In this document: in pieces, positions 19,026 through 27,975 of the stretch
Numbering within the stretch: the first letter of the stretch is position 1
Layout: the number at the start of each line of letters is the position of its first letter
From: Clostridia bacterium
Lineage (GTDB): Bacteria; Bacillota; Clostridia; UBA1212
NCBI GenBank assembly: GCA_017444825.1
Contig: JAFSVU010000004.1
Coordinates: forward strand, 59,025-123,024
Length of the DNA: 64,000 nt
Direction of reading: 5' to 3'
The notes under the pieces: generated by a model
Told to the model about the DNA's origin: nothing
Databases searched by the model: none
The model's input: only the letters and a program-made list of their open reading frames with translations
Program-made: the position numbers and the translations under genes

Positions 19026-20309
19026 ATGAGAAAGTTTATTTCCCTTATCCTGGCTCTTGCCGTATGCATTTCGTGTGCAGCCGGAGCCATGTTTGTATTT
19101 GCGGACGACGCCGAAGTGGCGCTTCCGGATTACTACAAGACCTGCACGGATGATTTCACCATCATAAACGCCTACGGAAACATCGTCAATGAAGGCGGCA
19201 CACGTCACGCACACTTCATTGGTGATGAAGGTACCGGAGATGCATATTTCTTCCCGCAGGCAGGCTGGGGCCCGGATCTCGAGCACCCCGTACTTCTTCT
19301 CAAATACCGCACCTGCGGCGGCGAAGGCGAGGTCTTCTTCTGCTCAGCGTCCACTACCCCGGGCGTGACCGAGGGAACACGCACCACCATCGAATTCCCC
19401 GCTTCCGAGACTGAGTGGCAGTACATGGTCTACGATTTCAAGGCAAACGGCTTTGCAAGCTTCGACACGGACGACACCGTTATCAACTTCTTCAGAGTCG
19501 ACATGAACGCCATCGCCTGGATGGATTACGCCTTCGTCGCATTCTTCAAGACCGAGGCAGACGCCAATGCCTTCGCCGAAGCCGACAAAGCAGGCAAGGT
19601 TAAAATAATCAAGGAGACCGAGGTAGTAGCTTCCAAGTATATCGTAAGCCCCAGAAGCGCTGATCCTATGACCTTCACAGGCCATACCGACGTGGCAGTT
19701 GAGTTCACGGTGCCCGAGGGCAACTCCTTCAAGGCATTCGTCCTCACCGACGCTCCCACGTGGAACACCCAGGAAAACGCCACCCTCGACGCCACCATCT
19801 ATGCATGGGATGAGGATTATGACAAGACCATCGAGGGTATTGAGATTGGAACCTTCCACGAAGAGGCACATGCCGACAACCAGAGCATCACCATGGACTT
19901 CGGCGTTCTTCTCCCTCCCGGAAAGTACGTCATCCTCATGGTAGCAGAGAACGATACCATTGGCGCCTGGGGCGGAAACATTGAGCAGGTCGGCTACGAA
20001 GGTCTGTTCTATTTTGACGGCATGGAGAGCGAATCCTGGTTCCCCTACTCCCAGATCATACTGGTTGAAGGAACCGAGAATGCAATTGAGCTTCCGACAC
20101 CCGCTCCCACTGCTGAGCCCACAGCGGTTCCCACAGAAGCTCCCGCTACCGAAGCACCCACCGAGGAGCCCACGGCAGAGCCCACAGCAGAACCTACAGC
20201 GGAGCCCACTCCCGAGCCCAAGAACAGCGGCTGCGGCGGAATGGTATTCGGCGGGATCGCGGTCATCGCAGTTGCGGCGGCAGCATTCGTGGCAAGGAAA
20301 AAGGACTGA
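19026..20309 (+). CDS. Secreted protein with Pro/Thr/Glu/Ala linker and C-terminal SGCG-TM-RKKD tail
   Basis: RBS AGGAGG. The signal peptide is MRKFISLILALAVCISCAAGAMFVFA. The C-terminus reads ...EPTAEPTAEPTAEPTPEPKNSGCGGMVFGGIAVIAVAAAAFVARKKD. Confidence 0.8.
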   Translation: MRKFISLILALAVCISCAAGAMFVFADDAEVALPDYYKTCTDDFTIINAYGNIVNEGGTRHAHFIGDEGTGDAYFFPQAGWGPDLEHPVLLLKYRTCGGEGEVFFCSASTTPGVTEGTRTTIEFPASETEWQYMVYDFKANGFASFDTDDTVINFFRVDMNAIAWMDYAFVAFFKTEADANAFAEADKAGKVKIIKETEVVASKYIVSPRSADPMTFTGHTDVAVEFTVPEGNSFKAFVLTDAPTWNTQENATLDATIYAWDEDYDKTIEGIEIGTFHEEAHADNQSITMDFGVLLPPGKYVILMVAENDTIGAWGGNIEQVGYEGLFYFDGMESESWFPYSQIILVEGTENAIELPTPAPTAEPTAVPTEAPATEAPTEEPTAEPTAEPTAEPTPEPKNSGCGGMVFGGIAVIAVAAAAFVARKKD

Positions 20310-20358
20310 CGTGTTAAAACGTTAAAAACATTAAAAACATTAAAGCTTTAAAAGGCTG

Positions 20359-20411
20359 AAAAAACACCGGGTCCATGGCGATGATGATCGTCCGGGGCCC
20401 GGTGCTTTTTT
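20359..20411. terminator. Bidirectional rho-independent terminator between convergent genes
   Basis: The A-run at 20359-20364 is followed by a stem pairing caccggg (20365-20371) with cccggtg (20398-20404), then the T-run at 20406-20411. Confidence 0.6.
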
Positions 20412-20448
20412 ATGTATTATCTTCTCAAAGTGCCAGCAGGGTCGCTTT

Positions 20449-21090
20449 TCAGCGGAATATGCCGAGAAGATCCGAGAAGGTATTCAACCTGTAGTCCGCT
20501 CTTTCGTATTTTACGGCGTCGCCTATCGCAACACCCGTCATGCCCCCGTCCTTGGCGGCATCGATGCCCGCGAAAGCGTCCTCTATCACGGCGCACTCGC
20601 CCGGCTCAAGGCCCAGAAACTCGCTGGCTTTGATAAACACCTCGGGGTCCGGCTTGCTTCTTACGATATTGGTTCCGTCGCTGATGGCGTCAAAATATGA
20701 CGTGAGATCAACTCTGCCAAGAATGAATTTGGCGTTTTTGCTCGAGGATCCGATGGCCAGCTTATACCCTCTTTTTCTGAGTTCCCTTAGAGTATCCCTC
20801 ACCTCGTCCGTCACGTCCGCCGGAGTCATCTCCTTCAGGTATTCCACGTAAAGACCGTTTTTCTTTTCCGCGAGCTTTGCCTTGTCCTCATCGCTGAGGG
20901 GCGCACCCTCGTATCTTTCAAGTATGATCTCAAGACTTGCCATTCTGCTGACTCCCCGGAGCCTGTTGTTGATGATCTCGTCAAAATACACGCCAATGCC
21001 GTCCGCCATTTCCTTCCAGGCGAGATAGTGGTAGCGGTCCGTGAAGACCAGCACGCCGTCAAGATCGAATATAATTCCTTTTGTTGCCAT
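20449..21090 (-). CDS. pgmB: Beta-phosphoglucomutase (HAD superfamily)
   Basis: HAD motif I is FDLDGV. The segment RLRGVSRMASLEIIL and the C-terminal EDAFAGIDAAK are typical of PgmB. Start set at ATG 21090, after GAGG. Confidence 0.85.
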   Translation of the reverse strand: MATKGIIFDLDGVLVFTDRYHYLAWKEMADGIGVYFDEIINNRLRGVSRMASLEIILERYEGAPLSDEDKAKLAEKKNGLYVEYLKEMTPADVTDEVRDTLRELRKRGYKLAIGSSSKNAKFILGRVDLTSYFDAISDGTNIVRSKPDPEVFIKASEFLGLEPGECAVIEDAFAGIDAAKDGGMTGVAIGDAVKYERADYRLNTFSDLLGIFR

Positions 21091-21091
21091 T

Positions 21092-21730
21092 TCAAACCTC
21101 ACAAATAGTTATGCATTTGCCCTTATATCTTCTGTCTTCGCCTTCATCCACCAGGGCCCTTGCGAAGTCACGGTAGCTTATCCTGCTCTCGTGCTTTGAC
21201 GAAAAGATGACCTCTTCCTCGGTGCCCACCTGGTAAATGCCTTTTTTCTGCCCCTCGAAGTCGAAAAACAGGGACGGGCACACGAAAGTGTAGTTTACGT
21301 TCGGTTTTTCCTTCATCTCCAGATACCCCAGGCAGATGTTTCTCGATATCTCCCTGAGAAAATCCGGGTGTTCCTTGGTCTCGTATACCCGCTGGGTGTG
21401 GAGGTGGTCCGTGAACAATGTGCCCGCGCCTCCCACGACGACAAGGTATGTCTCCGTGTTCTGAACGATGTCCGAAAGCCGTCCGATGGCCTTTCTGTTG
21501 ATCTCGGGAGGATTGTTCAGTCCCCCGCCGAAGGTGCTGATTATGAGGTCGCAATCCTTCACGTCCTCTTTTTCCAGCTCAAACAGGTCCTTTTTCAGCA
21601 CGTTCTTAACGCCTTTTGTCCCGCATTCACCGCTTCTTACGATCGCGACCACGTCGTGGCCTCTCTCCACGCATTCCTGAGTGACCAACGTCCCCAGCTT
21701 TCCGTTCGCGCCAATGATCCCGACTCTCAT
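21092..21730 (-). CDS. NAD(P)H-binding oxidoreductase (NmrA/atypical SDR-like)
   Basis: The N-terminal Rossmann motif MRVGIIGANGKLG is present. Confidence 0.75.
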   Translation of the reverse strand: MRVGIIGANGKLGTLVTQECVERGHDVVAIVRSGECGTKGVKNVLKKDLFELEKEDVKDCDLIISTFGGGLNNPPEINRKAIGRLSDIVQNTETYLVVVGGAGTLFTDHLHTQRVYETKEHPDFLREISRNICLGYLEMKEKPNVNYTFVCPSLFFDFEGQKKGIYQVGTEEEVIFSSKHESRISYRDFARALVDEGEDRRYKGKCITICEV

Positions 21731-21731
21731 A

Positions 21732-22748
21732 TCATCGCCCTCCCCGGTCTTCCCTTGTGAGGACCTTGTCCAGCCAGGTCACGTAAAGGCTGATCCACTC
21801 TTTGGTTCCCGCCATCCTTCTGCCCGGTATGCCGAACATGGGCGGAATATCCGTTTGCGTCGCTCCGAAACCGTGGCCGCCTTCCGAGAACATGTGGACC
21901 TCGAATACCACGTTGTTCTTAAGGCACGCGTCTGCCATGTTAAGTATGTTCTCCGGCGACACTACGGAATCGTCGTTGCAGCAGCACATGAACACCGGCG
22001 GGGTGCCCTCTTTAACGTATTCGGGAACGTACGTCTCCTTCAGCGTCTTTTCGCAGAATTCCTTATCGCTAAAGATCCTTTCGCCGAACTGGAGGGACAT
22101 GAGAAACTTGTCCGCGCAGAGCTCCGGGTATATGACGCCAATGGTCGCAGGGACCGGGTCCAGCAAGTCGATCTCATCCTTCTCGTAGCCCGGAACCTCC
22201 GGCATTTCTCTGAAAAGATACGTGGTGAGGCCCACAAGGTTTCCGCCCGCCGAAAAACCGATGACAGATATCATGTCGGGATCGATCCCGAACTCCCCGG
22301 CGTGGTATTTAATGTAGCAGAGCGCTCTCCTCAGGTCCAGCTGCGCGCAAGGGTATTTGTAGGGATAGACCCTGTATTTCAGCGCAAAGGCGCTGACGGA
22401 GCGGCTTTGGAGATATTCGCAGGTGGGGTAGCCCTCGCCGTCAAGGGATACGTCCTGGTATGCGCCGCCCGCGACCACCAGTACGGCTTTGCGGGATCCT
22501 TTGGCGATAAAAGGCACTATGTAAGGCTCGTCGTCATACTTGTCGCTGACAAAGCCCCTCGGAATGTAGAGCTTCCTCTGGGCGGTGTTCGGGCCCAGCA
22601 TGTCGTTCCTTCTCTTTTCCGGGTTGAATGAACACTCCAATGCGTCCGCCGGAGTCCAGTCCTCCCTGTAGGGCGTAAGGTCCGGATATTTGCTCAGGCC
22701 GGTGTTGTAAGGGACCTTCGAATATATCTTAATATGTTCGTGTGACAT
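21732..22748 (-). CDS. Alpha/beta-hydrolase fold esterase
   Basis: The nucleophile elbow GFSAGGN (GxSxG) is present. A C-terminal HGF (catalytic His region) is also present. Confidence 0.8.
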   Translation of the reverse strand: MSHEHIKIYSKVPYNTGLSKYPDLTPYREDWTPADALECSFNPEKRRNDMLGPNTAQRKLYIPRGFVSDKYDDEPYIVPFIAKGSRKAVLVVAGGAYQDVSLDGEGYPTCEYLQSRSVSAFALKYRVYPYKYPCAQLDLRRALCYIKYHAGEFGIDPDMISVIGFSAGGNLVGLTTYLFREMPEVPGYEKDEIDLLDPVPATIGVIYPELCADKFLMSLQFGERIFSDKEFCEKTLKETYVPEYVKEGTPPVFMCCCNDDSVVSPENILNMADACLKNNVVFEVHMFSEGGHGFGATQTDIPPMFGIPGRRMAGTKEWISLYVTWLDKVLTREDRGGR

Positions 22749-22808
22749 ATTGTCCTCTCTTTTTATTCAAGCCCATATTCACTCCGGTGAGTATGGGCTT
22801 GCAATAAA

Positions 22809-24536
22809 TCATCTTTCTATTTTAGCTTCCCATTTTCCGCAGAACGGATCAACGGGCGATCTCCCCTTGAAATCCGATTCCCCTTTGAGCTTCTTCATCA
22901 GTTCATCTATCACCGTATTGAATCCGCAGTAGCAGTTGATGTAGGTCCGCACCTGCGGAACGTCCACCAGGTGATAGGGATTTTCAAACGATATGAACAC
23001 CGTAGGTATCGTGTGGCAGTAGATCGGCACGTTGGCGCCCATCGGGTTTGCCCATTCGATCCTCACGACGGTCTGGTTGGACTTCGTCTGAAGAGAGGCG
23101 GAATAGATCAAAAGATCGTATTTGTCGGTAAAATCGCTTACCGGCTTCATCATTCCCTCGAAGCCTCCGCCCGGTTTGAATTCTTCCACCTCAAATCCGG
23201 CCTGCACGAGGGCGTTCATGAATTTTTTGTTCTGGGAATCGTCCACGTTGAATATAACGGGGCCTTCCGCTTTGTTCTCGAGAGAATAGAACAGTATCCT
23301 CTTGTACCTTTCGGGTGTGATGGGAAGGACGCCTTTTTCCTCTTTGACCAATGTGATCGATTTGTCCGCGCACTCCCTGCTCCACTCGATATACTTTTTC
23401 TGGCCTATCACGCTCTTTGCGTAATCAACGTCCGGCACAAGGGTGCCCTCTCTCTGCTTTATATGAAGCTTGAGAGACGCTTTCAGCGCAAGTATCCTTG
23501 TGACCGCGTCGTTCAGCCTCTCCTCGGTGATGAGCCCCTCCTCGTAGCCTTTGGTCATGTACGCGATGTCCTCGTCCATTGATTTTGTGAACAGGAACAT
23601 GTCGCAGCCTGCGGCTATGGTCATTGGCACCATTTTGTGTCTCGGTATAAGGGAGGCCACGCCCGCCATCGTCGATGAATCGGTGATGATGAGGCCGTTG
23701 AATTCCAGCTTTTCGCGAAGAAGGTTCGTTACCAGCTCCTTTGAAACGGTGGCAGGCAGTATGTCCTTGTCCGCTATCGAAGGATTGAAGTGCCGAGAGT
23801 AGGCCGGCTGGAGAACGTGACCGATCATTACGGTCTTGCACCCAGCCTCTATGGAAGCCTTGTATGCCGCACCGTATGTCTTATCCCAGTCCTCGCAGGA
23901 CATGTCGTTGATGGAAGGAGCCACGTGCTGGTCTCTTTCATCCCGTCCGTCCCCCGGAAAATGCTTTATGCAGGCCGCCATGCCGTGCTTCTGGAGCTCG
24001 ACGACGTAGGCCTTACCCATCTCCTTTACAAGCTCCGGATCGGATCCGAAGGTCCTGGTATTGGTTATGGGGTTTCGCCAGTTGTAATCGATGTCGATGA
24101 TGGGCCCGAAGGACCAGTTGCAGCCCACTGCGCTGCCCTCGACTCCGCAGACCTCGCCAAGCCTTCTGGCCTGTTCAATCTCACCCGTCGCTCCCACCTC
24201 CATCGGTCTTCCGAGGATGGTGCCTTCACTGGACATGCCGTTGCCGCCGGCTTCAAGGTTCGCAGCCACCAGCATGGGTATCTTGGAATACTTCTGCATT
24301 TTCCCGGTGGCCGAGATGCACTCCTCCGTGGGCATGATCCTGCTCATGAACCCGCCCGGCCTGATCACTTCTCCGATGTACTTGCAGTAGTCTTCATTGT
24401 CGTTGTAAGTGATCAGACAGAACAGATGATGGATCTTATCCTCCGCGGTCATTCCCGCCAGAGTCTCGCACACCCAGCTGACGTCTTCGTCGCTCAGATA
24501 AAATGGTTTACTCTTTAATGATTCGTTTGAGATCAT
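22809..24536 (-). CDS. Glycoside hydrolase family 3 (beta-hexosaminidase/beta-glucosidase-like)
   Basis: KHFPGDGRDERDQH and GLIITDSSTMAG are GH3 N-terminal-domain motifs. Confidence 0.85.
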   Translation of the reverse strand: MISNESLKSKPFYLSDEDVSWVCETLAGMTAEDKIHHLFCLITYNDNEDYCKYIGEVIRPGGFMSRIMPTEECISATGKMQKYSKIPMLVAANLEAGGNGMSSEGTILGRPMEVGATGEIEQARRLGEVCGVEGSAVGCNWSFGPIIDIDYNWRNPITNTRTFGSDPELVKEMGKAYVVELQKHGMAACIKHFPGDGRDERDQHVAPSINDMSCEDWDKTYGAAYKASIEAGCKTVMIGHVLQPAYSRHFNPSIADKDILPATVSKELVTNLLREKLEFNGLIITDSSTMAGVASLIPRHKMVPMTIAAGCDMFLFTKSMDEDIAYMTKGYEEGLITEERLNDAVTRILALKASLKLHIKQREGTLVPDVDYAKSVIGQKKYIEWSRECADKSITLVKEEKGVLPITPERYKRILFYSLENKAEGPVIFNVDDSQNKKFMNALVQAGFEVEEFKPGGGFEGMMKPVSDFTDKYDLLIYSASLQTKSNQTVVRIEWANPMGANVPIYCHTIPTVFISFENPYHLVDVPQVRTYINCYCGFNTVIDELMKKLKGESDFKGRSPVDPFCGKWEAKIER

Positions 24537-24556
24537 AATCTCCCGCTCCAGTCCTG

Positions 24557-25636
24557 TCAGCCTTCCGGATCAGCCGTTTCGATCTTTTTCGCTTTCAGCT
24601 TCTCCCTGAACTTTTTGAACATAACAACTTCCACGATCTTTACTTCATTGTTAAGGTAGATCAGGAATGCCACCAGTATGACAGCTTCCACAACGCTTCT
24701 GATCTCGGTGGTGAACGCCGCATTTTTGAACGTGATCTGACCAAAACCGATCTGAATGAACTCGTAGGAGATGCAGGAAAGAAGTATCGCCACCTGTTTG
24801 TTTATGAACTTGCCGATAAATCCCGAGAAGAACAGCGGCAGGAAGCATGAGAACATGGTTCCGATGGTGGAGAAATTGATCGTTGGCGTAGTGCCGTTGG
24901 TGCTGCAGATGGAGAGCGCTCCGGCGATTCCGAAAAGGAAGCCCGCTATGATGTAACACCCCAATGCGTTCATCTTCTCGTTCACACCTGTGTTGACGGC
25001 GATCTTCTGACCGGTCTGGAGTGCTCTGTAGTCATATCCGAATTTTGTAAAATGGAATATCACAAGCATCACGCCAAGGCCCAAAGCCATCAGTATCAGC
25101 AGTGCCACCGGGTTAACGGTAAAGCTGTAATACGACGTATCCGTGCCGAATTTTACCGGCTGGCACCCGTCGGTGATTATCGCGACCACACCCTCGAGGA
25201 TCAGCGCCATACCGAGGCCGATGATCATCGGCGGAAGCTTGAGCAATATGTAAAGCAAGCCTACGAGTCCGCCGATAACCAGTCCGGCCACGGCCGCGAC
25301 AGCCATCATCCCGGCAGGGCCGAGGTTGAGACCGTACGCGACCTTAGCGCCTATAACGCCGCTTATGAGCATTACCGCGCCTGTCGAAAAGTCAAATCTG
25401 CCTGTGTGCATGTTTATCGAGACACCCAGACTGAGCAGGAATACGAACGTCGTACCTCTCAGGAAGAGCTGCAGCGTGCTGTACCCGCCGTTGAACAACG
25501 TGATCCCGTTTGCGATGCAGACGAGCTCCATTATTCCGAAGCACAATACGGGTATCGCAAGTATTCCTGCTATCCTTTTGATGACTTTGACTGCCTGATT
25601 ATTTTTTGCAGGATCCATTTTATTATGTCCTTTCAA
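24557..25636 (-). CDS. ABC transporter permease (ribose/monosaccharide type)
   Basis: The protein is about 10-TM and lies in an operon with an SBP, a second permease and a double-domain ATPase. Confidence 0.85.
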   Translation of the reverse strand: MKGHNKMDPAKNNQAVKVIKRIAGILAIPVLCFGIMELVCIANGITLFNGGYSTLQLFLRGTTFVFLLSLGVSINMHTGRFDFSTGAVMLISGVIGAKVAYGLNLGPAGMMAVAAVAGLVIGGLVGLLYILLKLPPMIIGLGMALILEGVVAIITDGCQPVKFGTDTSYYSFTVNPVALLILMALGLGVMLVIFHFTKFGYDYRALQTGQKIAVNTGVNEKMNALGCYIIAGFLFGIAGALSICSTNGTTPTINFSTIGTMFSCFLPLFFSGFIGKFINKQVAILLSCISYEFIQIGFGQITFKNAAFTTEIRSVVEAVILVAFLIYLNNEVKIVEVVMFKKFREKLKAKKIETADPEG

Positions 25637-25713
25637 TTTATAATCGCGTATTAATTATCAGTAGTTTGTTTGTTGTTTGTTTTGTTTGTTTTCGTGTTGT
25701 GTATTACCGGTTA

Positions 25714-26949
25714 TTATTTGCCGTAGTTTGCGTTGATGGTCTTGGCTGCCTCAAAGTCTGCGTTGCAGAGTTCTAAGAATTCGGTGTAGCCTTTGCCTGC
25801 GTAGTACTCAACTACCTTTCCGTTGTAGCAGTAGCCGTCTGTTTCATTGTCGGCTGCGAGCATGGTGTTGAGTTCGTCGAGAGACGTTGCTACCCAGTAG
25901 CTCATACCTGCTCTCGGAGCTGCGCCTGTTTCGTCAACGATCTTGTTTCCGTTAAGAGCTGCGGTGAGAAGAACGAGACCGGGGGCCATTGCCGAAGCAT
26001 ATTTGCCGCAATCGTAGGTATAACCAATGTTGAAGCAGTCTGCGTAAGCAGATGTGATGGCGTCAACGCCTGCGGATTTGACTTCCGATGCATCGATGGA
26101 TGCAACTGCGTTTGCAATACCGTATGCGATTCCCGCAACAGCGTCGCCTGCGCCGACTGAAAGAATGCTGGTGCCGCCTGCGATCATGCTCTGCTGAAGC
26201 TTTGTGGAGAAAGCGTCGTCAAAGGCGAAGCCGTCCATGTAACCTGTGATGGTGTACTTTGTGCTTACGAATTTAGTGGGGTCAACGCCCTGGCCTGCAA
26301 CCTTGCCAACGAGCTCGCCTCTTGTCTTGGCGCCGTCGTAGGATGTGCCTTCATCTTCGCAAAGGTATGCGAGGATACCTGCGAGTCTCTGTACGTGCAT
26401 GGAAACTGCGTAGCAGGTCGCGCCGCCGAAGAGTGTGAATACGGACTTGCCCAGATCGTTTACGAAGTACTTGGCCATGTCATATCCTGCCTGATAGTCT
26501 GTGTCGTCTGTGGGGGATACGGATCCGAGGTAGTACTCCAGCTTGTTCAGCTGCTCTCTCTGCTCGTCGTTAACGTTTCCGGTGGGGATAACGAGATACA
26601 TCTTGTTCTTGTTGGCTGCGGTCACGCTTGCGATAACGTCGTCATCCGAGAAAAGAAGGATGGCCTTGAAGCCCTTCGCCGCGAAGGTGTTGATCGCATT
26701 GACTTCAGAGGTGGAGCTGTCCGTGGTCACGAACTCGAACGTGAGACCCAGCTCTTTTCCAACGGCTGTGAGATATCCCTGCCATGCGATCGCCTCGCCG
26801 GAGGTGTCGTCCTCACGAAGAACGCCTACTTTATACTCTTTGGATGTTGTTCCTGCTCCGTCGCAGGCCGCAAATGCGAATAACGCCGCAGCGACCATTG
26901 CAACCGCTAAAATAACTGCTAAGATTTTTTTCATTTTGTTTTCCTCCAA
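25714..26949 (-). CDS. ABC transporter substrate-binding lipoprotein
   Basis: A lipobox LFAFAAC is present. The periplasmic-binding-protein-like length and operon position fit this call. Confidence 0.8.
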   Translation of the reverse strand: MEENKMKKILAVILAVAMVAAALFAFAACDGAGTTSKEYKVGVLREDDTSGEAIAWQGYLTAVGKELGLTFEFVTTDSSTSEVNAINTFAAKGFKAILLFSDDDVIASVTAANKNKMYLVIPTGNVNDEQREQLNKLEYYLGSVSPTDDTDYQAGYDMAKYFVNDLGKSVFTLFGGATCYAVSMHVQRLAGILAYLCEDEGTSYDGAKTRGELVGKVAGQGVDPTKFVSTKYTITGYMDGFAFDDAFSTKLQQSMIAGGTSILSVGAGDAVAGIAYGIANAVASIDASEVKSAGVDAITSAYADCFNIGYTYDCGKYASAMAPGLVLLTAALNGNKIVDETGAAPRAGMSYWVATSLDELNTMLAADNETDGYCYNGKVVEYYAGKGYTEFLELCNADFEAAKTINANYGK

Positions 26950-26954
26950 TTGAA

Positions 26955-27962
26955 TTACCTTTCAAGTAATTTGACTTTGTTACCCATGTTGATGAGAAAT
27001 ACCACTATAATAAAGAGCACGCCTTTTACGATCTGTAAATACCAGCTTCCGGATACGAATATGTTCATAAACGCGTCAAGGAAGCTCATTGAGAACGCAC
27101 CCAGTAATGCAGCATACATTTTTGACTTCGGTCCGCCGCTCATGGTCATGCCGCCGAAAACGAGAGCGATGAGCATGTTCATGCCTACGCTGGAGCCGGA
27201 CGACGCTGACAGTGTCGGTGTCTGGACGGTCATTGAGAATGCGGCAAGTCCTATGCCGATTCCCGCAAGAGCGAACGATATGATCGTAAGCCTTTTGGAT
27301 TTGATGCCCGATAAGTAAGCGCAGAAGGGGTTTCCGCCGAGGAACTTCTGTTGTCTTCCCAGCTTCAGTATGTAGAAAAGGAAGAGGCAGAGGAGCTCAT
27401 AGCCCACGATCAGGATGACCCTGAACCAGGTGGTGTTAAGCGGTTCCACCAGGGCCATAGGCACCGATATCTGTGCGTTTTTACCGAGTGTTGTTAGTAT
27501 AAGTGTCGCCACCGCCCCGTAGACGCTCATCATAACTATCGTCATGATGAACACAGGCAGGTTGAAAACGGACGCGAGGGTGGAGTTGAGCACGCTGAGA
27601 AGGACCGCCACTCCGATGGATGTGAGCAGCATGAGCACCAGGCTGTTTGTCGCAGAACCGACCAGACCGCCGAGAAGCGCACTTACCAGCATGTTGGAAC
27701 CCAGAGACAGGTCGAAGGAGCCTGACGTGAAGATGAAGGTCGCGCCGGTTGCCACGAGAGCCACCAGAGTCGCATCCGAAATTATGGTCTGAAGTCCGAT
27801 GGATATCGAATATCCCTTGATCGACGCAAATATCAGGTACAGTGCCGCAAGGATCAGACATGCTATCAAAGGAATGATCGAAATGATCCGCTGCTTGATT
27901 ATAGCTTTCTTTCTCAAAGCGGTTTCGTCAAGAACAGCTTCTTTTTTGATTTGAGCCGCCAT
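26955..27962 (-). CDS. ABC transporter permease (ribose/monosaccharide type)
   Basis: Polytopic 335-aa protein, paralogous in style to 24557-25636. Confidence 0.85.
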   Translation of the reverse strand: MAAQIKKEAVLDETALRKKAIIKQRIISIIPLIACLILAALYLIFASIKGYSISIGLQTIISDATLVALVATGATFIFTSGSFDLSLGSNMLVSALLGGLVGSATNSLVLMLLTSIGVAVLLSVLNSTLASVFNLPVFIMTIVMMSVYGAVATLILTTLGKNAQISVPMALVEPLNTTWFRVILIVGYELLCLFLFYILKLGRQQKFLGGNPFCAYLSGIKSKRLTIISFALAGIGIGLAAFSMTVQTPTLSASSGSSVGMNMLIALVFGGMTMSGGPKSKMYAALLGAFSMSFLDAFMNIFVSGSWYLQIVKGVLFIIVVFLINMGNKVKLLER

Positions 27963-27975
27963 TTAATCACACCTC

